This document shows, one piece after another, positions 1 to 9,928 of a stretch of DNA of 47,244 nt (positions are counted from its first letter, which is position 1; each line of letters begins with the position of its first letter). The notes beneath the pieces were generated by a model that saw only the letters and a program-made list of their open reading frames with translations, ran no database searches and was not told the DNA's origin. The position numbers and the translations under genes were made by a program. Source of the DNA: Planctomycetota bacterium (lineage in GTDB: Bacteria; Planctomycetota; B15-G4; SIAN01); NCBI GenBank assembly GCA_016872815.1, contig VGYY01000003.1, positions 1 through 47,244 of the forward strand. The letters run 5' to 3'.

Positions 1-81
1 CTGCGCCGCCGCTGCGCCCGCGGCAGCGGCCACCAGCGCCGCCGCCAGCGCCGCCGTCCGCCACCGTCGCCGCGCGGTCAC
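1..81 (-). CDS. 5' start of an exported protein, running off the window edge
   Basis: GTG at 81 overlaps the upstream TGA (GTGA). It translates as MTARRRWRTAALAAALVAAAAAGAAAAQ, a classic Sec-pathway signal peptide. Confidence 0.6.
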   Translation of the reverse strand, partial: MTARRRWRTAALAAALVAAAAGAAAAQ

Positions 82-1307
82 GATCCGGTCCGCGGCGCGG
101 TCTCGATCACCACCTTGCAGCGCATCCCCGGCACGAACGCCGGCGGCAGCGTGCCGTCGAGCTCGACCGTCGCGTCGTAGCTGTTCTCCGGCCCGCCCGC
201 GCTCTTCGGATCGGGGAAGCGGTCGAACCGGAGCCGGCCGACCAGCGTCTTCGCCGCGTCCGCGGCCGGCACCACCTTGACCGCGACGTTCTGCTCGAGC
301 TTCAGCAGCTGCGACTCCGGCAGGTCGAGCGCCACCGCCATCACGCCGGGTCGCGCCACCGTGAACAGCACCGCGCCGCCGCTGGCGCTGCCGCGCACCG
401 CGTGCCGTGCCGCGCCGCGCCCCGGCTCATAGTCGGCGATCGCGCCGTGCAGCGCCATGCCGTCCCGCGCCGCCCGCACCACCAGCCGCTCGCGGTCTCG
501 GCGCAGCTTCGCCACCCGCTCACGCGCGTCGCGGAACTCCGGATCGAGCTTCAGCAGCCCGTCCTCCCGCGTCCGCCGCTCCATCTCCTGCTGGCGGACC
601 AGCCGATCGCGGCCGCTCCTGGCGTCGCGCACCGCCTTCTCCTTGCCCTTCGCGTTCAACGGCTCGGTCACCTCCTCGTCGATCCGCCGGCGCGCCTGCT
701 GCAGCTCGTACGAGGTGAGCGACCGCGCCATCTGGCGGCGCGACCGCTTCAGCACGATCTCCTCGGTGGCGTCGGTCAGCTCGTCCGCCGTGTACATCTT
801 CTCGAGCTGCGCGAGCTCGTCCTTCTGGTCCTCGATGTTGTCCTTCGAGTAGCCGTCCGACAGCTCGATGCCGCGGCGCTTCAGGTCGAGCTCGACCTTC
901 CGGTAGAGATCCAGCGCCGCTTCCGCCTGCTGCAGCGCGTCATTGGCGTCGACCAGCCGCACGTCGCCGGCCTCCTGCTCCAGTCGTGCCGTCTCGCGCT
1001 GGTTCTGGTGGCGGATCTCGGTCGAGCGCAGGTCGCGCTCGGCCGCCTCGATCGCCAGGTCGACCGCCTCGAGCTTGAAGCGCGCCAGCACGTCGCCGAG
1101 CCGCACCGCGGTGCCGTGCGCCACCACCTCGGTGAACTCGAGCGGGCCGGAGTAGCTCTCGAGCTCGAGCTTGTGCTCCACCGCGTCGGCCGGCACCAGC
1201 GTGCCGGCGCGCTCGATCGGCGCGGCGGCGTCCTGCGTCGGTGCGGCGGCGAGACAGACGGCCAGCGCGGCGACCAGCGCGGCGCTCTTCCAACGGGTCA
1301 CGGACAC
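78..1307 (-). CDS. HlyD/membrane-fusion (periplasmic adaptor)-like protein
   Basis: AGGAGG at 1320-1315 precedes GTG 1307. Signal peptide, lipoyl-like halves (HGTAVRLGDVLARF / VRAARDG) flanking a long coiled coil, and a C-terminal PGMRCKV motif typical of adaptor subunits. Confidence 0.7.
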   Translation of the reverse strand: MSVTRWKSAALVAALAVCLAAAPTQDAAAPIERAGTLVPADAVEHKLELESYSGPLEFTEVVAHGTAVRLGDVLARFKLEAVDLAIEAAERDLRSTEIRHQNQRETARLEQEAGDVRLVDANDALQQAEAALDLYRKVELDLKRRGIELSDGYSKDNIEDQKDELAQLEKMYTADELTDATEEIVLKRSRRQMARSLTSYELQQARRRIDEEVTEPLNAKGKEKAVRDARSGRDRLVRQQEMERRTREDGLLKLDPEFRDARERVAKLRRDRERLVVRAARDGMALHGAIADYEPGRGAARHAVRGSASGGAVLFTVARPGVMAVALDLPESQLLKLEQNVAVKVVPAADAAKTLVGRLRFDRFPDPKSAGGPENSYDATVELDGTLPPAFVPGMRCKVVIETAPRTGS

Positions 1308-1450
1308 GGCGGTTCCTCCTGTCGTGAGGGGTTCGGTGCGACGCGTGGCGCCGCGATCGTTCCATACGAGCGACGACGGCATGCGTTGCCGCCCGGGCGC
1401 GCGAACGGCCCGGTATGGTACGCCGCCCCCTCGATCCGGGAGGAGCTGAC

Positions 1451-2428
1451 GTGCGATCCGTGATCCTCGCGCAGTGCGCCGCGTCTCTCCTCGCCGCCCT
1501 GGCGACCGGCTGCATCAGCGTCGTCGAGCCGGTCGGCGACGAGGCGCTGGCGGCGACGCCCGGCTGGGAGGCGCTCGCGGCCGACCCGACCACGGCGTCC
1601 TCTGCCGCTCCCTTCACCGGTCTCGAACTCGCGGAAGAACTCGCAGGCGGGCTCGATGCGCTCGAGTTCCTGCCGGGGCTGCGGGTCGCGGCGGTGGTGG
1701 CCGGCTCGCCGGCGGAGGGGGCGGGGATCGCCCCAGGCGATCGCGCGTTGCGCGTTGACGGCGTCGAGCTGCGCTCGCTCGAACAGTGGCACGCGCTGCT
1801 CGAGGCGGCGGCGCCGGCGGCTCGCCTCGCGCTGGAACTGGAGCGCGGTGGCGCGTTGGCGCACACCGACGTCGCCGTGGTGCGGCGTTCCTCCGCGGCG
1901 CTGCGCCCGGCCGACCGCTTCGTCGAGCGTCGTCGCCTCGATTGCATCGCGCGCACCGTGATGGCCGGCGCGGCACCGGGCGGGGTCGGCGTCAGGCTCG
2001 AGGAGATCGGCGCGCGATCGGTGCTGCGCGGGGCCGGACTGCGTGCAGGCGACGTGCTGGTCGAGCTCGACGCGCTGCCGCTCGCCGGCGTGCAGGACCT
2101 GTTTCGGCGGGTCGCCGCGGCGCCGGCCGGCGCGACGCTGCAGTTCACGCTGCTCGAGCCCGATGGCGCGCGCCGCGCCGCCGTGGTGCAGTTGCCGCGG
2201 CCGGAACGCCACCTCACCGAGATCTCGCTCTGGCCGCTCTTCTCTTGGAGCGAGACACCGGACGAGCGGAAGGGCGAAGTGGTGATCGGCGACCTGTGGC
2301 TGATCTGGTTGTTCCGCCGCGAACACGACGGCGACGCGTATCGCACCAGCATCCTGCGCTTCCTGTCGTGGGAGAGCGGCGTCGGGGCGCTGGATGAGGA
2401 AGCCGCCACCGGCGAGGGCGGGCGATGA
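1451..2428 (+). CDS. PDZ-domain lipoprotein
   Basis: GGAGGAG before GTG 1451; lipobox LATGC; two PDZ-like motifs (GSPAEGAGIAPGDRALRVDG and GAGLRAGDVLVELD). Confidence 0.7.
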   Translation: MRSVILAQCAASLLAALATGCISVVEPVGDEALAATPGWEALAADPTTASSAAPFTGLELAEELAGGLDALEFLPGLRVAAVVAGSPAEGAGIAPGDRALRVDGVELRSLEQWHALLEAAAPAARLALELERGGALAHTDVAVVRRSSAALRPADRFVERRRLDCIARTVMAGAAPGGVGVRLEEIGARSVLRGAGLRAGDVLVELDALPLAGVQDLFRRVAAAPAGATLQFTLLEPDGARRAAVVQLPRPERHLTEISLWPLFSWSETPDERKGEVVIGDLWLIWLFRREHDGDAYRTSILRFLSWESGVGALDEEAATGEGGR

Positions 2429-3987
2429 CGCTTGCCGCGGCCGTGGCCGTCGTCGCCGCCGCCGGGATGGGCGAGCTGCCGCAGTTCACCGAGTCGCGCA
2501 TCGCCGTCGGCGCCGAACCGTTCGAGTACCAGCTCTCCGACGTCGACCTCGACCTGCGCGTCGATCTGCTGGTGTCGTCGGTGGCCGGTGGCGAGCGGAC
2601 GCTGCGCCTGTGGCGCCAGCGCGCCGACGCGTCCTTCCCGCCGACGGCCGACTGGTCGCTGGCCGTGCCGCCCGACGTGATCAGCTGGTCGTTGCTCGAC
2701 CTGCGGCCCGACCCCGGACGCGAGGTCGTCCTGCTGACGCGCGGCGGCGTCCACTCGCTGACCACCACCCGCGCCGGCCTGAAGGAAAACCTTCGCCGCG
2801 AGCTCGCCGCGCCGCTCATGCCCGACCTCGCCGATCCGCGGCGCCTGCCGGCCTGGCAGCTGACGCAGGACGTCGACGGCGACGGACGCGAGGAGTTGCT
2901 GCTGGTGGTCGAGGAAGAGCTGCGGATCCTCGGCGTGGCGGCCGACGCGGCGGCGGGCAGCGCGTTGGTGGAGCTCGGTCGGTTGCCGGTCGCGCCGCGG
3001 ACGACGCGGGTGAGCGAGCGCGGCAGCTTCACCTTCGGCAGCTCCGGGATGCGCGGCCGCGGGCCGGCGGGCGGCACGTCGTTCTTCCGCCTGGCGCGCA
3101 CGTCGCAGCCGGTGCTCTTCGGCGAGAAGCTGCTCGACCGTCGGCGCACGCTCGAACTGCCGCGACTGCTCGATTTCGGCGGCGATGCCGCGCTGGAACG
3201 CGTCGAGCGCGAGAACGGCCACTGGCGGGTCACGCCGCTGCCGCTGGGCGGCGGGCCGGCGCCGATGCCGGCCAGGTTCGAGTTGCCCGAGGCGGCCCGC
3301 GACGCCACCTCCACCGAGTGGACCGACCTCGACGGCGACGGCCGGCGCGAGCTGGTGGTCTTCCGCAGCGACGACGATGACAAGGTGGCGCTGGTGTTCA
3401 CCGCGCGCGTCGACCCCGCTCAACCGTTCGGAGCGCTCATCGACGCCGCGCCCAGCGCGCGGATCAAGCTGGCCGGGATGGGCGTCCGGTACTGGCTGAC
3501 CGACGTCGATCGCGACGGCCGCCAGGACCTTACGGCGCGCGTCTTCGACGTGCCGACCGGCTTGTCGACGCTGGCGACGGTGCGGCTCGACACGGCGTTC
3601 CACGTCTTCCGCGGTCGACCCGGCGCCACCTGGTCGCGCGCGCCCGACCTGAGCTTCGAGCGCAGCTTCCGGCCCGAGCAACTGACCCGCGTGCAGGAGT
3701 CGCTGCTGATCAACGTCGGCGGCGATTTCGACGGCGATGGCTGCAACGACCTCGTGACCACGCAGCTCGACGGGCGGGTCGAGATCCGCCGCATCACGGC
3801 CGGCGAATCGCTGCAGCTCGAAGCGAAGCCGGTGGTGTCGTTCGCGCCCACGACGGAGGTCGAGCGGCTCGAGACGTGGGATCTGAGTCGCGACGGAGTC
3901 GCCGACCTGACGTTGCGCCACGAGCAGGGGCTGACGCTCTTCGTCTCGCGCGGCATGCCGCGCCCGCCACCGGAGCAGCGCCGATGA
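2425..3987 (+). CDS. FG-GAP/VCBS repeat protein
   Basis: Repeated DxDGDG motifs (DVDGDGREEL, DLDGDGRREL, DVDRDGRQDL, DFDGDGCNDL); ATGA overlap with the upstream gene. Confidence 0.85.
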   Translation: MTLAAAVAVVAAAGMGELPQFTESRIAVGAEPFEYQLSDVDLDLRVDLLVSSVAGGERTLRLWRQRADASFPPTADWSLAVPPDVISWSLLDLRPDPGREVVLLTRGGVHSLTTTRAGLKENLRRELAAPLMPDLADPRRLPAWQLTQDVDGDGREELLLVVEEELRILGVAADAAAGSALVELGRLPVAPRTTRVSERGSFTFGSSGMRGRGPAGGTSFFRLARTSQPVLFGEKLLDRRRTLELPRLLDFGGDAALERVERENGHWRVTPLPLGGGPAPMPARFELPEAARDATSTEWTDLDGDGRRELVVFRSDDDDKVALVFTARVDPAQPFGALIDAAPSARIKLAGMGVRYWLTDVDRDGRQDLTARVFDVPTGLSTLATVRLDTAFHVFRGRPGATWSRAPDLSFERSFRPEQLTRVQESLLINVGGDFDGDGCNDLVTTQLDGRVEIRRITAGESLQLEAKPVVSFAPTTEVERLETWDLSRDGVADLTLRHEQGLTLFVSRGMPRPPPEQRR

Positions 3988-5645
3988 GCGCCCTCCCCGG
4001 CTGCGCCGCTCTGGTCGCGTCGCTTGCGGCCGGCGACGTCTCGATCGCGCTGCCCGATGGGCTGACCGGCCTCGAGTTGCTCGACTGGGAGGGTGACTCG
4101 CGCCTCGAGCTGCTGCTGGTGGCGGATGCGGGGCTCACCGTCGCCGCCATCGAGGACGACGGCCGCCTCACGCCGCGCGCGCGAGTGGAGCGCGGCGCGG
4201 CGCGGACGCTCGCCTGGTGTCTCGCGCCCGTCGCCGGCACGTCGCGGCAGGAGCTGCTGGCGCTGCGCGAGGACGGCGTGCTGCAGCGCCACGCGGCGGG
4301 CGCGGCGGCGCCGGCGGAAGTGGCGCGGATCACCGGCCTGGCGCTGCCGAGCGGCGTCTTCGCCTTCCCGTTCGCGCGCGACCTCGACGGCGACGGCGAC
4401 GCCGACCTCGCATTGCCGGCCGCCGGAGGGCTCTCCCTCTGGTGGGTCGGCGCCGATGGCAAGGCGACGCGCGGGCCGCTGGTGCGCCACCGGATCGACG
4501 TCGGCCTCACCCTGCCGGCGCCCGAGGACGACGGCCCGGAGGTCGGCGTCTCGCTCTCGATCCCGAGCTTCGAGGTGGTCGACCAGAACGGCGATGGTCG
4601 CCCCGACCTGGTGTTCGAGTCGGACGACCACCTGCAGTTCTTCTGGACCGGGTCGAACGGCGCGTTGCCGGAGCAGCCGACGCTCGAAGTCGACCTGGCG
4701 GAACTGAAGGCGAAGCTCGCGCCGGCCGGCGGCAGCGTGCTCGACCCGGCCAACCTGTTCAAGGCGCTGGCCTCGCGGGTGTCGGCCGACGTGCGCGACT
4801 TCGACGGCGATCGCCGCGCCGACCTGCTGCTGCGCCAGGGCTCGAAGGTGTCGCTCTTCCCCGGCACGCCGGCCGGCATCGATCGCGCGAAGGCGGCGCA
4901 GGTGCTGAAGGTGTCGGGCAACCTGCTCGACGCCTTCGCGTTCGACGACGACCGGGACGGCAAGGACGACCTCTGCCTGCTGCAGGTGGCCGACGTCTCG
5001 TTCGGACAGCTGCTGCTCTGGGTCATCGTCGGCGGCGAGCTCGAGTTCGACCTCTTCACCTATCGCCAGGAGGCGACGCTGCGCTTCGGCAAGAGCCCGG
5101 CGAAGCGCCGCCGGCTGCGGGTCGAGCTGCCGGCGCTGCTCGGCATCGCCGACGAGTTCGAGGACAGCAAGGCGATCGAGCGGCTCGGCGACGAGTTCGC
5201 CCGCCAGCCGATCGGGCTCGATCTCGATGGCGACGGCCAGCGCGGCGACGTGGCACAGTTGCGGCGCGACGGGACGGTGGCGGTGTGGCGCGGCAAGGCG
5301 GCCCTGCCCGAGGCGCACGCAGCGGAGCTCGCCGAACTGCGCCGCGGCCTGCTGGCGCGCTTCGACGCTGCCGCCGCCGGCAAGGACGCGGTGAAGATCG
5401 GCCTGCTCGACCTGGTGGAGTGGGTCCCGACGCCGGGCGCGGCCATGCGCGCCGCCGTCGCCGGCCGCGAACCCGACACGCTCCTCGCGACCAGGGACCC
5501 GAGCGCCGACCGCAAGGATGCCGACGCTGCCGACCGCCAGACCGACCGCCTCCTGATCGCCGCCGACCTCGACGGCGACGGCAAGGACGAACTGCTGCTG
5601 CTCGATGTTCAGCCGCTGATGCTGTGGCGGCTGGCGGGCGGATAG
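3984..5645 (+). CDS. FG-GAP/VCBS repeat protein
   Basis: ATG 3984 overlaps the upstream TGA; motifs DLDGDGDADL, DQNGDGRPDL, DFDGDRRADL, DDDRDGKDDL, DLDGDGKDEL. Confidence 0.85.
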   Translation: MSALPGCAALVASLAAGDVSIALPDGLTGLELLDWEGDSRLELLLVADAGLTVAAIEDDGRLTPRARVERGAARTLAWCLAPVAGTSRQELLALREDGVLQRHAAGAAAPAEVARITGLALPSGVFAFPFARDLDGDGDADLALPAAGGLSLWWVGADGKATRGPLVRHRIDVGLTLPAPEDDGPEVGVSLSIPSFEVVDQNGDGRPDLVFESDDHLQFFWTGSNGALPEQPTLEVDLAELKAKLAPAGGSVLDPANLFKALASRVSADVRDFDGDRRADLLLRQGSKVSLFPGTPAGIDRAKAAQVLKVSGNLLDAFAFDDDRDGKDDLCLLQVADVSFGQLLLWVIVGGELEFDLFTYRQEATLRFGKSPAKRRRLRVELPALLGIADEFEDSKAIERLGDEFARQPIGLDLDGDGQRGDVAQLRRDGTVAVWRGKAALPEAHAAELAELRRGLLARFDAAAAGKDAVKIGLLDLVEWVPTPGAAMRAAVAGREPDTLLATRDPSADRKDADAADRQTDRLLIAADLDGDGKDELLLLDVQPLMLWRLAGG

Positions 5646-5655
5646 CGCAGCCGCT

Positions 5656-6345
5656 TCAGCGAACAGCGCGATCGGGCAGGTGGCGCACCGGGTCGAGCGG
5701 TTCGTGGAGCGTCGCGAGCCGCAGGAGCGCCAGCGCCTCGCCGGCGGCGCCGAGCATGAGGTCGACGCTCTCGGCGCCGGCGTTGGCCGGGTCGTGCGTC
5801 GCGCCGCGCAGCCACTTGACGCCTTCGCCGTCGGCGACCGCCGCGCGGCAGAGGAATTCGCCGGCGCGAGCCGCGAACTCGGCGTGCTCGGCGTCGCCGG
5901 TCGCGCGATGGAGGTCGCAGAAGAAGTCGAGCACGCCGGCGACGCCGCAGCAGAACGACGGCGGGAAGGCGGCGGCCGCAGCGTTCGGCGCATCGGCCGG
6001 CGCCTGCGCCATCACGAAGCGTGCGCCCGCCAGCGCGGCGTCGAGGTAGCGCGGCTCGCCGCTCTGCGCGTGGAGCAGCAGGAAGAGACGCGCCGTGCCG
6101 GGCGGTCCATGGCACCAGCCGCCGAGGCATTGGTCGGCACCGGCGATCACCGGCCAGCCGAGGCCGTCACCCTGCGGCCGCGCCTGTTCGAGCAACCGCT
6201 TCGCGGCGTCGCGGGCGGCGCTCGCGCACGCCTCGTCTCCGGTGACGGCGGCGACACGGGCGAGGGCGTAGGCGACGCCGGCCGTCCCGTGGCTGAAGTT
6301 GGTGTAGGGCTGGTTCCCCGCGAGCTGCCAGACCCAGTGAAGCGG
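5656..6345 (-). pseudogene. 5'-truncated LanC-like (lanthionine synthetase C-like) gene
   Basis: The frame is open from 6375 and carries NFSHGTAG, GWCHGPPG, FCCGVAG and LMLGAAG. There is an in-frame TGA at 6378-6376 and no start codon upstream of NFSHG; only about 225 codons remain. Confidence 0.75.
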
Positions 6346-6541
6346 CCACTCGCGGTCGCTTGCCCTATGCTCCCGTCAGCCCGCTTGACGCATGAGCCCC
6401 GTCGCAAGGCGACGGAATGTTGGCGCAGGACGAGGCGGGAGATCGCGGTGGTCCGTCGTCTGTCGGGTACAGGCAATCGATGGAGCCCGCAGCTCGCAAC
6501 GCGGTTCACGCAGGATCGGGCGGGCGCGAGGATGTGATTCG

Positions 6542-7324
6542 ATGGGGGTGATCTCGGGGACGCTGGTCGCGTGGGTCTTGCTGCTGCCGGCCGCGCCGCC
6601 GGCCGCCGCGGCGTTCAAGTGCGTGACGGGCAGCGCGCCGGTCGTCGCCGCCGATCCCGGCGAGGAACTCGCCGAGTTCGGCAGCGCGCTCGACGCGAAG
6701 GAGTGGAACCGTGCGATCGAGCGGGTCGCGGCGCCGGCGAAGCAGACGCGCGCGACGGTTGAACTGCACGCGAGCGTGCTCGCCGCCGCCGTGAAGGCCG
6801 GGGCCGAGGGCGAGAAGTTCGTGGTGCGAGCGCTCGAGTGGAAGCACATCACCGACGCGGAGCAGCCGCTCGCCGCGGCGCTTGGCGCGCTCGGGGCGCG
6901 GCCGGAGCCGAAGCGGATCGAGCTCTACGGGGAGTACCTGAACGACCTGCGCATCCCGGTCGCGCGCGCCGCGATCATCGCGATGGGGAACTTCTTCGGC
7001 GAGAAGGAGGCACTGCGCAAGAAGGTCGTCGCGCAGCTGGTGCGCGCCTACGACGGCACCGGCATGGGCGGCGAGGGCAGCGGCCGGCAGCGCAACGATC
7101 CGAAGAGCGCGCTCGGCCAGCCCGGCGATCGGATGGCCGTCCGCCACGATTTCCAGTACCAGCTGGCGCGCCTCACCGGCGGTGTGCATTTCTCCGATGC
7201 CAACGACTGGGTCGCCTGGTTCGGCGCGAACGACAAGACGAAGTGGCGCGACGGCGTCGACAAGCCCGACATCAAGCTCGACGGTTTGAAGAGTGGGCCC
7301 GCGCCGGGTTCGGGCGGTCGCTGA
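6542..7324 (+). CDS. Exported hypothetical protein, helical/HEAT-like
   Basis: Signal peptide MGVISGTLVAWVLLLPAAPPAAAA; coding-like codon pattern; C-terminal LARLTGG...DWVAWF segment. Confidence 0.65.
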   Translation: MGVISGTLVAWVLLLPAAPPAAAAFKCVTGSAPVVAADPGEELAEFGSALDAKEWNRAIERVAAPAKQTRATVELHASVLAAAVKAGAEGEKFVVRALEWKHITDAEQPLAAALGALGARPEPKRIELYGEYLNDLRIPVARAAIIAMGNFFGEKEALRKKVVAQLVRAYDGTGMGGEGSGRQRNDPKSALGQPGDRMAVRHDFQYQLARLTGGVHFSDANDWVAWFGANDKTKWRDGVDKPDIKLDGLKSGPAPGSGGR

Positions 7325-7354
7325 TCGCCGTCATCCCGCCAGGAGACTGCGCCG

Positions 7355-9304
7355 ATGATTCGCCGCTCGATCCGTCCGCTCGCCGCGATGGCGGGCTTGA
7401 TCGCCTTCGCGAGCGGCTGCGGTTCGCGTCCGCCGGACCACGGTGAACGCGACGCCTCACTGCAGGTCGCGCGCGCCGCGCGCCATCCCGGCGCGACGTG
7501 GAGCGAGCGGCTCGACCGCGCCGCGCAGAGCGACGAGTCCTGGCGCGCGCGCAGCGACGAGATCCGCACGCAGATCCTTGTCGCGTCCGGACTCTGGCCC
7601 GAGCCGGAGCGCCCGCCGGTCCATGCCCGCCTCTCCGGCCGTGTCGAGCGCGACGGCTACAGCGTCGAGCGCGTCGAGATCGAGACGCTGCCCGGCTTCA
7701 TGCTCACCGGCACGCTCTACCGGCCGCGCGACGGCGGCGGCGCGCGACACCCCGCGATCGCCACGCCGCACGGCCACTGGGCCGACGGCCGCTTCACCGA
7801 TCACGATCGCTGCTCGATCCCCGGCCGCTCGATCCAGTTCGCGAAACTCGGCATCGTGACGATCGCCTACGACATGGTCGGCTACGGCGACTTGAAGGCG
7901 CTCGGGCACGACTTCGGCGACGCGCCGTGGGGCTTCAGCCTGCAGGGGCTCCAGCTCTGGAACTCGATCCGCGTCGTCGACTTCCTCTGCTCGCTCCCCG
8001 ACGTCGATCCGGAGCGGATCGGCGCGACCGGGGCGTCGGGCGGCGGCACGCAGACCTTCCTGCTTGCGGCGGTCGACCCGCGGGTGAAGGTCGCGGCGCC
8101 GGTGAACATGGTCGCCGCCGGGTTCCAGGGCGGCTGCCTCTGCGAGAACGCTCCGTTGCTGCGCCTCGACCTCAACAACGTCGAGATCGCCGCCGCGATC
8201 GCGCCGCGGCCGCTGCTGCTGATCTCGTGCACCGGCGACTGGACCCATGGGAACCTCGAGCTCGAGGCGCCCGCGCTCGCCCGGGTCTATGCCGCGCGCG
8301 GCGCGCCGGAGCGGTTCCGTGCCGCGCAGGTCGATGCCGGCCACAACTACAACCAGGACACCCGCGAGATCGCCTACGCCTGGTTCGCGCAGTGGCTGCT
8401 CGGCGCGCCGCCGGCTGAGCGGATCGCCGAGGCGCCGTTCGTCGCCGAGCCGCGCGAGTCGATGGCGCTGCCGCTCACCGGCACGCTCGAGTCGATCGCG
8501 GCGCAGTGGCGCGACCAGGCGCGCGGACGCTTCGAGTCGGCGCAGCCGATGGACGAGGCGACGCTCGCGGAGTACCGGCGGCTCTATCGCGTCGCGTGGG
8601 AGCGGACCCTCGGCGCGCGACTGCCGGCGCCGGAGGACGTGTCGATCGAGCTCGTCTCCGCCGCCACGGCGGCGGGCGCCGGGATGGTCGGCAGCGTGCG
8701 CGCCGCCATCGTGCCGTTCGCCGGCGCGGTCGAGCTCGCGAACGACGCGAGCGGCGACCCGGCGCGGTTGGAGGTCGTGCTCGATGGCGATGATTCGCCG
8801 GCGGCGACGACGGAGCGCGACGCGGCGTCGAGTCGCGCCGGCTGGCGCCTGCTCCTCCGCGCCCATGACGCCGAGCCGGCCTGCAACGCCGGCGTCGCGC
8901 TCGACGACGACGTGCTGCCGCAGCAGCGGCGCTTCCCCGCGACCTATCACCGCAGCGAGCTCGCCCGCCGGGTGCAGGACGTGTTGAGCGCGCTCGCCGT
9001 GCTCTCCGTCCGCTCCGGCATCGGGCCGGAGCGCGTCGAGCTGGTCGCGCGCGGCGACGCCGCGGCGGTGGCGCTCCTCGCCCGCGCGCTCGCGCCTGGG
9101 CCGTGCGATCTCGACTTCCGCGGCCTCGACGAAGCCGGGCTCGCCGCGCAGCCGAACTACCTTGCTCTGGGCGGTCTCGAAGGCGCGGCGCTGCTCGTCG
9201 CTCCGGCGCGCGCCACGCTGTGCGCGCCGCCGTTCCCGACCGCGGCGATCGAGCGGGCGTGGGGGATCGGCGGGAGGGGAGGCGCGCTGCGAATCGTGCG
9301 GTGA
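7355..9304 (+). CDS. Alpha/beta-hydrolase lipoprotein (acetylxylan esterase/abhydrolase-like)
   Basis: AGGAG RBS; lipobox ASGC; PHGH, nucleophile elbow GATGASGGGTQT, GGCLCEN and GHNYN; degenerate second hydrolase-like half. Confidence 0.8.
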   Translation: MIRRSIRPLAAMAGLIAFASGCGSRPPDHGERDASLQVARAARHPGATWSERLDRAAQSDESWRARSDEIRTQILVASGLWPEPERPPVHARLSGRVERDGYSVERVEIETLPGFMLTGTLYRPRDGGGARHPAIATPHGHWADGRFTDHDRCSIPGRSIQFAKLGIVTIAYDMVGYGDLKALGHDFGDAPWGFSLQGLQLWNSIRVVDFLCSLPDVDPERIGATGASGGGTQTFLLAAVDPRVKVAAPVNMVAAGFQGGCLCENAPLLRLDLNNVEIAAAIAPRPLLLISCTGDWTHGNLELEAPALARVYAARGAPERFRAAQVDAGHNYNQDTREIAYAWFAQWLLGAPPAERIAEAPFVAEPRESMALPLTGTLESIAAQWRDQARGRFESAQPMDEATLAEYRRLYRVAWERTLGARLPAPEDVSIELVSAATAAGAGMVGSVRAAIVPFAGAVELANDASGDPARLEVVLDGDDSPAATTERDAASSRAGWRLLLRAHDAEPACNAGVALDDDVLPQQRRFPATYHRSELARRVQDVLSALAVLSVRSGIGPERVELVARGDAAAVALLARALAPGPCDLDFRGLDEAGLAAQPNYLALGGLEGAALLVAPARATLCAPPFPTAAIERAWGIGGRGGALRIVR

Positions 9305-9379
9305 TGCGGCGAAGCCCATCGAAGTCGGTCAGCACCGGACGGTCGCTTCTCGATCCTCAACTGTCCGCCGGCGACGGCG

Positions 9380-9904
9380 TTGACGCTCATCGCGAGGGGC
9401 AGGGGGATCGAAGAGCAGACGCGGCGCGACATCGACCCGGCCGCCGGCCCGCTGGTGGTGGAGGTTCGCCAGACGCTGACCGCTTCGGCGCGAGTCGTGG
9501 GCATTCTCGTGGGTCCCGATGGCAAGCCGGTGGCCAATGCGCATGTCGCGGCGGCGCGGCTCGGGGACCGCTAAGGAGGCGAGTCCTGGACCAGCGCCAA
9601 CGATGGGCGGTTCGAGGTCGGGCCGCTCGTGCCGGGATCGTGGTGGCTCACCGTCCGGTCCCGCGAGTGGCCGCGGTTCGTCGGCGTGCCGTTCGAACTC
9701 GCCGCTGAGGCGACGCGGGACGTCGGCACGATCACGCTCGCGTTGGGCGGGAGGGCGCGCATCGAGATCGGCGGCGACCGTCAGCGAGCCGCTCGCGCCC
9801 GGCGACTACGTGCTGGCCGCCTCCGCTGGGAGCGCTTCAGGAACGATCGAGTTCACCGTCGCTGCGCAGCCGGGTCGGTCGTGCGGCTCGAACTCGAGAA
9901 GTGA
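9380..9904 (+). pseudogene. Remnant of a carboxypeptidase-regulatory-like (Cna-B type) domain protein
   Basis: VVGILVGPDGKPVANAHV...*...TSANDGRFEVGPLVPGSWWLTV reads through an in-frame TAA (9572-9574). It then shifts frame near 9780 to PLAPGDYVLAAS. Confidence 0.6.
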
Positions 9905-9928
9905 CCGCTCGCGAGCGCCGACCGCGCG

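Noticed and set aside
6345-6540. Riboswitch or ncRNA in the spacer containing the ccgtcgc-aag-gcgacgg hairpin
   Set aside because: Only one short hairpin; no riboswitch consensus that I can recognise.
7322-7354. In-frame TGA between 6542..7324 and 7355..9304
   Set aside because: The downstream gene has its own AGGAG and lipoprotein signal, so the shared frame is coincidental.
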